A stretch of 62,039 nt of DNA, counting the filler, from Choristocarpus tenellus KU-1152 (taxonomy: Eukaryota > Protista > Phaeophyceae): assembly GCA_964200185.2 (NCBI GenBank). It is 12 parts of 12 records of this genome, joined end to end, with 100 filler letters (N's around TTAATTAATTAA, not from the genome) between each part and the next. Parts side by side here need not be neighbours in the genome. Positions count along the whole stretch, not along the records: positions 49,821 to 54,974 come from CAXNAD020011686.1; positions 55,075 to 58,969 come from CAXNAD020017295.1; positions 59,070 to 62,039 come from CAXNAD020023273.1; 9 more parts are not named here. One strand, given 5' to 3'. Position 1 is the stretch's first letter. The number at the start of each line of letters is the position of its first letter. Below are positions 52,827 to 62,039 of the stretch, piece after piece. The notes below the pieces were generated by a model. The model did not search any database. It was not told where the DNA came from and saw only the letters and a list, made by a program, of their open reading frames with translations. The translations under genes were made by a program, and so were the position numbers.

Positions 52827-53162
52827 CTAAAATAGCTTTCAAGACCTTGATGGAATGATCCCAAGGTGGAAGAAGATAAGAAAACGAGCAAGGCATAGGG
52901 TGGCTCAACTAAGTAGTAACGTGCATAGCGGTATGATGGATGGGTCAGTATTTGGTCATACGTCAGAGATAATCGATGGCTAAGACAAAGGCCCAGTGGA
53001 TAATTAATACTCAGTGTGTGGTTTACCATGTACTTCAACTGCTAGCTTCCGGCGACGAGCCTTACCTGCGCCAAGCTTCTTTACACGCTTACGCGCCTAA
53101 CACAAACTCTAGCTAGGGGAGGCGTAACCGGACTGGTTTGTTTTGAATTGGCACTGCACCAC

Positions 53163-54626
53163 TCATGACCTCAGATGGGACACCAAACATTCGTTTGCCC
53201 AACACTTGCCTGGAGCATTGCTGCTCAGAGAGTCCTCAGTGGCGACCAGTAGTGCATATCGCTCATCGTTGCCGCAGCTGATGGTACTTTCCACAGTAAT
53301 GTGGGAAGGATTTTCCTCAGTCTTGATCTCTTCTTTCCCAGACTGCACCGTAGTCAAGAACACCGAAGTGCATGTTGTAGCATCGTGGGCACGTCCACCA
53401 CATTTGGTGCAAATGCGGTTTGGGCAAGCTGGCTTCTTATGTCCATGTTTACCGCATCTCTCACAAGGAATCTCGGAACGCTTTGGGTTGTAATTAGAAG
53501 TATTTGTTTTTCTTCCACCATTAAATTTACGTTCGGCCCCGTGACCTTGGCCGTTGCGATGAGACTGACTCTTCCCTTGCGATGAGCTGTTAACGACCAA
53601 AGCATAGCTGTTCTTCTGTCTTGAGTCCTTGCCCTGATGAAGGGAAGCATATCGCTCTCTAGCAGGTTTCTCTACATCTGCTCGACATAGTGTTCTCTGC
53701 GAGGCCATCATGCGTATCTTGGTGTCGTAATCTGATCCGAAAGCACTCAGGAACTGTAGGAGCAGCAGCTTGTCCGAGATGACCAGACCCATTGATAGCA
53801 TCCTCCCCCATAGCTCTTCCAGGTGGTTTAAGGTCAAGATCGGATTCGTCCCCTTTTCCACCTTTGAAGTGAAAAACTCACGGAACAAATGTTGGCTATA
53901 ATTACCCACTGTATTAGGCATGAACCAATCATCTATTGCTCGGAAAAGCTTTCTCGGGCTTTGATGTGTATAGCATAGTGCCCTGGTGGTGGGTGCAACG
54001 AGAGCAACAGTAAGTGCATGGTAGGCCTCTTCGACCATCCAGATATCATTCGCACTGAAGCTGTCCGAGAGAAGTTCCTCGTAGGAGCGTTCTTGATTGA
54101 CTGGTCTTTCACTTGTTAACGCATCCAAACAGTGAGTGTATCTGCAATGCACGATGAAACGCCTCCACCAGTCCCAGTAGTCCGAGTCGTCCAATAGTTT
54201 CGGTGGTTGGGTTCTTGATCTCTTTGTCGTAGGGCGAACAATATATGCGCCTGACCCCAAGCTCTCCGAAGAACTGGACCTCCGACTCGCCCCACTTCTG
54301 ATGCTCGCAGCATTCAAACTGTTTCCCCTCTCTGGGAAATTTTCCCTCAATATGGGTTCCATAGGACCCACTTCGACTGGTACGCCCCCAGCCAGAGGCC
54401 ATGTGCTGGGCACAGCGGCCTGGACGACAGGATGATTTCCGTCGCCGACTCTTTCAGACTGAATCATGAGATTGCCAAGGTTTCTTGACAACTCCACTAC
54501 CGTCGCCATAGGCTGTCTGAATTCTTGGACAGATTGTCCCTCAGAAGGAACAGGTTCCCGCAATTCTTGAATCGCATCTCCACGTGTAGACATGATGATA
54601 TGATGGGTTAGAAACCTAAGGTTCAA
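53163..54626 (-). mobile_element. Ty1/copia-type gag ORF (intact, about 476 aa from Met 54593), no pol downstream
   Basis: YWDWWRRF, UBN2-like core (LLLQFLSAFGSDYD), two CCHC knuckles CERCGKHGHKKPAC and CTKCGGRAHDATTC. Confidence 0.85.
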
Positions 54627-54907
54627 TATATCGTCTTAAAGTATCCCCCAAATCATCAAAGAGGATAAGGTGATAAATCCAGCGAGATTGATTTGCTTGG
54701 TGTTTGTAGAGTGATTGATTGAAGTTAGGTGGGGCATGCAATCCCCAATAAAAATCAGAAATATTTCCCTTTAGATGAGAAACATGCTCATACAACTAAT
54801 CACTAGTAAAAGTTTCTGATAGAACTCAACCACTAATTGATTGTTCCTTTACTCCATACATATTTTACCGCAACTGTCCGATAGAGTTTGAAGAGTCTAA
54901 TCGAACA

Positions 54908-55126
54908 GGCGGGGGTCTACACAAGGGCGTCCATTTGGGTCAAAATCAGGAAAAGTGCATTTGCATTATCCATCNNNNNNNNNNNNNNNNNNNNNNNNNN
55001 NNNNNNNNNNNNNNNNNNTTAATTAATTAANNNNNNNNNNNNNNNNNNNNNNNNNNNNNNNNNNNNNNNNNNNNCCCCCCGTCCCTCCCCCCCCCCCCCC
55101 CCCCCCCCCCCCAGATACTTTGACCC
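54908..55126. mobile_element. MITE fragments on both sides of a contig spacer (54908-54974 family C interior; 55075-55126 terminal)
   Basis: GGTCTACACAAGGGCGTCCATTTGGG matches the reverse of 25035-25060; C-run followed by CAGATACTTTGACCC. Confidence 0.7.
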
Positions 55127-56600
55127 CCGTCACCATTAGAACCATATCCCCGGTTTCTTCGCTTCCAATTTCCCATTGTTTCCGAAAGTGCATGTGCGTT
55201 TGGTGTCCCGAGTGCGAATGAGATCTTCACGATCAGGTTTAAGATGTACATTTGCTCCAGAGTCACACAATATCTCGACTTGTCTTCCACTGGAGGAGTT
55301 GAACTCCGCACTTTTGTGAACCTCCTCATCTGTTGTTACCTTGAAAGTGGAGAAGGAGCGTGCTTGGTTTCCGTCGACTTTGTTGCTGCTCCCACGAGTT
55401 GGAGGTGGCGGAAATGTTCCGGGTGCCATCCCAGGCGGATGTTTTGCAGGTGGCTTTCCTTTTAAGTATGAGTAGCAGTTCTGCCCCATCGATGATTCAT
55501 CCTTAAGCAATATTCACATTGGTTTGATTTGAGGCCGCTTCCAGCTGATCCTCTGGCCTTCCGAGCATGGCCGTTCTTCACATTGCCATGCATTGCCAAT
55601 ACCCCATCAGGACCATCTTGACCTGAGTGAAGGTAAGTTGTCGACGAGATGACTGCCCGTTTGAGCTCCTCATAGCTGATGTCCGGGCACGTTATTAATT
55701 GCGCAAACACATGTGGCATGGATTCCTTGATCCTAAGCAGTATAGATGACCTCTTCATGTTTTCGGGTCTGGACTCCTTGAGCTCCTCGAATTCCGAAAA
55801 TAATCGTTCGAGTTTAACGACAAAATCGGTGCTGTCCTGAGACACTGCGCACCGTAATTCTCGAAGTTTTGCCTCCAACGTGATAACTTGTACGGGGATT
55901 TCGTCCTCCACGCGTCCACTGTAGACTCGCTCTAGTTCCAACCAAGTTCCTCTCCGTCTGGTTGTCCTCCATTTTCGCTTTTGGCCACAATCGTCGATCG
56001 TTTCGTTGTTTGTAGAACGAGGAACCATAACGCCTTGTTATTTTTCGAGTATGTGGCATGTGCCGTACGCACTGACTCTCCCGAGATGGTGTTGGGTGTT
56101 TTGGGAATCTCGTATTCCCTTGTCGTTCTTTCGTACAAACCCTTTCCTCCAGCATAGGCGATGAGTGACAGTCTCCAAGTTGACCAGGTCTCCAATGACC
56201 TTCCTGTCGCCCCCGTCCAGGCAGCAAGTTTCTTCAGGTCAGTCTCCATACCACCAAGGCTCATAACCTGTGCAAATTTACCTTTGGAGGTAATGCTATT
56301 TATTAGTAGTGAAGACAAGAAGGTGTGAAGCCTCACACGACCCCCTTTGCAAAACGTGAAAAGAATGGTTGAAATTAGAAGAGTGGCCTTTGTGGGGTGT
56401 CTTCTCATTGCTTGTTTATTATTATTTGTGCTTCCTACCTAAGTCAACGGTTATGTCAAAGTAGTTGAATACGGAATAAATACCCATACATAATCCGAAA
56501 GTACTATCTCATTAGTTACATCACACGGACTCAATTCAACACAATAACCTCATATACACAAAATAAGGTACACCTCACTATTGTCCTATTTTGCACAGTT
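55127..56600 (-). mobile_element. Ty1/copia 5' part: LTR (ending CA at 56269), PBS GGTTATGAGCC (56268-56258), frameshifted gag and protease
   Basis: The PBS resembles the internal tRNA-iMet half-primer site used by copia; gag WSTWRLSL...FVVKLERLFSEF, CEYC...H knuckle, protease ILCDSGANVH. Confidence 0.85.
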
Positions 56601-57153
56601 TCATCATAACCCTAACTGCGATCCATGGCGTAGGATCCAACCATCGCATAATTTCTTCTTTTTGGTACCTAACCCCGACACAAACTCTAACCCTGCCTCC
56701 AACCGTTCATTTTCGTACCCAAACAAACCGTTGTTCAACCGTTTTCCAAACCCTGACATTTCCTAACAATACAAAACTCACAGCAATCGCACAAACATCT
56801 CATGCTTTGCCCACATTTCGACAAATGAGGGTGAATTTCACCTTGTTTTCAATCTTCAAAGAATGTTCCCTGAAGTTCGCGTCTGATACTCCTAACCACA
56901 ACACTAGCCCTGAGCCTATCACAAACACTTTCCATAAACTCGACAAATGGCCTGGATCACCCCCCCCCCACAATAGCACTAACCATAAACCTTACCCTGA
57001 TCCCTACCCTAAGCCCATCTACATGCCTTGCCAACCTAAAATCGCCGTGCATCCTACTCAAATTCCGTCTCTGTGCCATGCTTGACCTTCATCACCCTAA
57101 CCTAACTAGTCATCAGGATGAAATCAGCCCACTAAAACAACCGCCTCACAAAG

Positions 57154-57828
57154 GATGGTAAATTTTTTCGTTCTTCATGCGAACTATAGGACAACAGAAC
57201 CTAACCAACATCCCTGTGTATGTACATGCGAAATCCGACACATGAAACCAAAGAAACACTAAACTAACCCGAAAACAAACGATGGTCTATTTTTTCATTC
57301 TTCATGCGAACCCTAGGACAACAGACCCAAATTAACAGCCCTATCTGTGTACATACAAAATCCGACACATGCGACCGAGGAAATACTAACCCAAAAACAA
57401 ACGATGATATATTTTTTCATTCTTCTTGCGAACCCTACGACAACAGACCCTAATCAACAGCCCTGTTTGGGTACATATGAAATTCGACACATGCATCCAA
57501 AGAAACAATAAACTAACTCGAAAACAAACGATGTATATTTTTTCATTCTTCATGTGAACCCTAGGACAACAGATACTAACCCACAGACCTGTTTGTGTAC
57601 ATATGAAATCCGACTCATGCAACCAAAGAAATACTAAGCTAACCCTGAAAACAAAACGATGGTATATTTTTTCACTCTTCATACGAACCCTAGGACAACA
57701 TGCCCCAACCAACAGCCCTGTCTGAACACATCGAAAATTCGACACATGCAAACAAATCACCTAAAAACGGCAAAATCGAAAAAAGGTCCCAAACAGACTC
57801 CCGCCCGCCCCTCCAGATACTTCAGGTC
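57154..57828. repeat. About 125-bp tandem array (about 5 units) ending in a MITE TIR
   Basis: Units start near 57154, 57281, 57403, 57530, 57658 (GATG..ATTTTTTCATTCTTCATGCGAACCCTAGGACAACAG); ends CCAGATACTTCAGGTC. Confidence 0.88.
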
Positions 57829-59069
57829 TGTTTCAGATATGGGGAGAGCAGATCTGAGGGACACTTCCGGTGGCACGTCTCAGATTGAGAGTCTTACTCA
57901 ACACTCAACCACCTTCCAATTTGCCAACTCCGAGAAACATCCTTGGTGGCACACTTAGATTGAGAGTCTTACTGAGGGTCTTTCCATGTTTCCGAGTCCA
58001 AGGACATCATATCCAGCGCCACATCTCTTATCAAGAATATTGCAACAGTCCTCATCTTGAATCACCGACCAGTTTAGTGCTGATCATCCATAGATTTTTC
58101 GTTCCCTCTCTTGTCAGAATTTGCATTGATCTTGATCCCCCCTTCTCATTAGGCCCACTATGAATCATTCGTTCCAGGTCAGGTCAGAATTTCCTTGGAT
58201 CAGTTGTCTCCGTCTCAGGCCCTCTTGATTGACCATGGTCTCTTTGAGACTCACTGAAGCGATACTTGTTTTCTTTGAGGTCATCATGAATGACTCTTAT
58301 TGGTTGCAAAGTGTTCCAGGTCAAGGGTCGGACTTGACCTGGATCTGTTCTGTTTCCTTTCTACTTGACCTTGTCTGGCATACACCTTGTTCGTTCAATT
58401 TCACACACTATGTTGACTATGTTGAGGTTGCCTTGATTGTCCCTCTCGACTGATCTCACTCCCTTCCTCACCTTGATCCTGTTTCTGCCCATCTCACCAT
58501 TTTCCCATCAACACGAATAGATACCTATCATATTATATCACCATCACCCACATTCAGAGATCGATGTCATCAGTAAATACACCACTGTTGTTAATATTAA
58601 GAGTATCATGTGAAAGAGATGGAAACAGGCAGACAGGTTCTTTAGACTAAGGAGAACGAGAGGACCCACAGGAGGAAGGGGATGGAGAGAGGCAAGGCAG
58701 GAGGGCGAGCAATCCCTCAGAAGGTCACACAGCGAACAGTGAACAGGCAAGAAGTGAATGAGGGGGGTTTGTAAGGTCCACTCAAACTACCCTATAATTA
58801 CTTCAACAAGTAAATGCAGATGTCATATGAAGCAACTAAGGTATACCTTTTTGTGACATGTGAATAGTTTTCATTAGTTGTCACCTGACACATCTGCAAA
58901 ATGTCAGAGGGGATAATGATAAGAATAGTAATTATAACCTCAACACCTTTGCGGTGGAAAGTTTTGGGCNNNNNNNNNNNNNNNNNNNNNNNNNNNNNNN
59001 NNNNNNNNNNNNNTTAATTAATTAANNNNNNNNNNNNNNNNNNNNNNNNNNNNNNNNNNNNNNNNNNNN

Positions 59070-59099
59070 CCTCCCTCCCCCCCCCAGATACTTTGGGTC
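59070..59099. mobile_element. MITE terminal fragment, family C (contig start)
   Basis: C-run followed by CAGATACTTTGGGTC. Confidence 0.75.
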
Positions 59100-59149
59100 A
59101 CAGATGGTATGCTCTCTCACAAACACAGTCCTTAACATCATTGCCCTAA

Positions 59150-59775
59150 CTCCATCTCACACTTTTACGTTGATGTACCTAAAAAGTCACTCTCCCCTGT
59201 AGCCAACTCCGATCACTACCTGCAGCACTTCACTAGTCACCTTTGTTTTTGTGGAAAGGAACAGAAAACCCTATTCGATTTTTTCATTCCAACGAGTAAC
59301 CATTTATTTCCTGTATTGCACCTCACCCATTCGGAATTTTCGACATCATTTTAGGAAATCACAAACAGAAGATACCACTCTCTGCTGTACCCAATTCTGT
59401 TCACACCCCAAACCAGTTCGCTGCCTGTGTTGACTTGTTGTTGAAGGAGTACGGACGACCCCCTGCGTTTTTGTCCAGTCAAAAGTAAGATCTCTTTTAA
59501 GTGTGGCATCTCACCCGTTCAGATTTTTGGACATCATTCTTGGATTCACCAACAGTATAAAGCATTCGCCACTGTAGCCAATTGTGTTCACATCCTCAAC
59601 AAGTTCGCTGTCCGTGTTGACATGTTGTTCACGAAGAAATACACGATACCCGGTATATTTTTGCATTCAAAAGTAATCATTTCTTTCCAGTATTGCACCT
59701 CACCTATCCCTCACTTTCGACATCATCTTAATATGCAACAGGAAAAGCATCTCTCCTCTGTTGCTAATCCTCGTG
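59150..59775. repeat. Degenerate tandem repeat, about 190 bp, about 3.3 units
   Basis: CTGTA.CCAA motif near 59197, 59385 and 59572; GTTCGCTG..GTGTTGAC.TGTTGTT twice; TATTGCACCTCACC twice. Confidence 0.7.
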
Positions 59776-60474
59776 ACCCACCACCTAACGCTCCCCCGCC
59801 CATGCCATTTTTTTTGCACGAATTTTTCGAGGAATTTGGATCCCCACCAACCACATGCATTCCGAAGTAAATATATCGAACAGGTTTCGCATCCCAACCA
59901 TTTCTATTTCTCATATCACGTCGAGCATTATTTTTATTTATGATTTTTTTTGTTACGTTTTTTTTTTTTGAAGAAAGGATCATCATCTAACCACACCCAT
60001 TCGAAAAGTATATTTTTTTTCACGAATCGCTTCTCAACTATCCCCTATTTTCAAATGACGCCGTTCGACGTCATTTTAGAAGAAAAACACACCAAACACA
60101 TGCATTTGGAATTCATCAAATTAAAAATTTTCACGGCCCAACCTTTTCCAATCTCAGATGCTGTCGTTCCAAATCTGTTGACAAAATGCAAAGCCCCTCC
60201 ACTTACCACCCATCCGCTTTCCATGTCCAATGCAATTCAGGCATTCCTTTAATGGTGCAAATCACTCTAGCCCCAAACACGTATCATCGGTGGCAAAGCA
60301 CTTATCAGTCTGCTCGTTCGCTAAACACCTCTATCATCACTTGTTTCATATTCATCCCTACCTCATCATCCTCAACACTCAACCGTGGGAATCATATCAG
60401 CTCCACACTTGACTTGAATCTCTTCCCGATACCTCCTTTCGTTCGACACCATGTTTTCCAAAATCCTACATTGC

Positions 60475-61850
60475 ATGAAGGACTACGAGCGAAGCTCCTG
60501 GCGAAGAGACGAAGCTGAGGACCTCAAAGATTGATACCATTTACCTAAGTGCAATCAATATAATGTACCTGGTAAGCACGGGATTTCTGTCCCAGGAGTA
60601 TAATGCCAACCTACTCGACAAGGACAGAGTGGCGCATATGGTGAAAGATCTGGCGAAGGATCCTTGATTCACAGTGGACAAGATCTCCTCCATCCTAACT
60701 TCGCAGCCTTTCGCCTTGTGCTCCCGCTGGAAGACCCCCGACGAGATGAAGGAGTACATGAAAGACCACGGGTTTTCGGCAGAACTACCTATCAACAATC
60801 TTGTCAGGAGCTACATCGCAGCTGGATTCGTGGAGAAGGGCAAGACGGGGACGAACAGGAGTCGGAAGGACAGGGACAACATATTTTTCTGCCTGAATGG
60901 GCAGCATCGGGTAATGCTGCTCAGAATATTAAACAACATAAGCCAGGAGGACATCGTGCCGATCGATATAGAGTTTCCCCCATTCGTCAACAAGGATTGG
61001 GCCAAGGATGTAATCGCCCATGTGGAACCCCACGGCAACAACCTTCAGTGGCACCTATATCCACGATGTGATAGGGAGAAGGCAGAGCCCATTTCGATCA
61101 GGGAAATGTGACCTCCAGCAGGTCTCATGTCCCCAACGTTGTGGACATATTCCCAAGAATGGTGTCATGGTTGCGGTCCATGAGGGACTTTCGAAGAGAA
61201 TTCGGAAGGGTCCAGCCCCTCCCATCCACCCTGCCAGCTTTAAACGACGTCAGCGAGAAGAGGAGACACAGGGCGCTGGTTAGGCTGTGCAACCAGTACT
61301 CACTTGGCAAGACAGATTTCACACAAAGCGATGCCGCCTTCAACGTTGCGGCCCAGATATGTGCAGATGAAGGTAAAGCTACGACCATTAATTAATGATT
61401 TTGGGATTTGTATTATGCTCGACACAAACAACCTCTGACTTGTAATCTAACGGTACGAATCCATCAATTGCCGACCTCATCACTGTGCTATCAGGAACTG
61501 AAGAATTCGAGAACGTTCTGCGGTGTGTGGAAGGACCACAAGAGGAGGACACCAAGGATGTAAGCACGGTAGATTTCAAAGCATGTCGTCAGTAACAACG
61601 TTCGAGTATGCAATGTGAAAAACCCGCCGTCGATGAAATTCGATGCATAGCCAATGAACCCACCATCGCACATGCCGAATGAAAAAACTTCCTCACGCAT
61701 AGATCGCAACTTGAAATTCTTTTGACCGGATTTGCCATTCACGCAACTGCTGCGAGCCAAGTCAGTTTCGCTTTCCGTAGATGGAAGACAAACCTTGATG
61801 GGTCGTATATTTGTTTAATATGCGGATTTCGTACCTCGATACAAATACTT
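60475..61850 (+). pseudogene. Decayed intronless ORF with a ParB/DGQHR-like motif (DUF3723-like)
   Basis: Across stops and frameshifts: YNANLLDKDRVAHMVKDL...IFFCLNGQHRVMLL...LQWHLYP. Confidence 0.5.
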
Positions 61851-61978
61851 AGGCAGGCACGGTGTGACTCTATGATATGACGAACTCTATTCGCACCCTC
61901 AGATGATATAACATCTCTGTCCTTGCCCTCTCCTCGACAATGTTGCGTAAATCGACATACAGGGTAAGTTCGACTTCA

Positions 61979-62039
61979 CAGCCAAAGTATCTTAGAGGGT
62001 ACGAATTTTGTCCTGTTTGTCCATTTGGGGCTTGGCATC
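61979..62039. mobile_element. MITE terminal fragment, family B (window end)
   Basis: CAGCCAAAGTATCTTAGAGGGTACGAATTTTGTCC, as at 16117-16175. Confidence 0.85.

Noticed and set aside
57154-57760. CRISPR-like periodicity (also 25714-25770 and 59150-59775)
   Set aside because: Whole units repeat without unique spacers, there are no cas genes, and the context is eukaryotic.

Overview
Eukaryotic, intron-rich, repeat-rich DNA, most likely a photosynthetic stramenopile such as a brown alga (inference from a plastid-type presequence, TTAGGG repeats and gene structure). The window is 12 contigs joined by artificial 100-nt N-TTAATTAATTAA-N spacers, so order across spacers is not meaningful. Host genes reconstructed by hand: seryl-tRNA synthetase (7 exons, partial), a head-to-head Tim13-like small Tim (complete), a PPPDE/DeSI peptidase (8 exons, partial), a BASS-family transporter (partial) and a few unknown genes. 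Most of the rest is decayed mobile DNA: mariner, DIRS-like, copia, gypsy, LINE and RLE-type non-LTR elements. The dominant unexplained signal is about 19 copies or ends of short TIR elements sharing the core GRSYCAAAGTATCT...AGATACTTTGRSYC, with 4-bp target-site duplications. Their TIRs carry a GT donor and an AG acceptor in either orientation, and splicing would leave an in-frame 24-nt footprint. One copy interrupts a long ORF whose frame is restored by that predicted splice, so this may be an introner-like, self-masking transposon system. Also notable: a decayed intronless ParB/DGQHR (DUF3723-like) ORF, an antisense gag behind an apparent copia LTR start at two loci, and a satellite apparently grown from the MITE interior.
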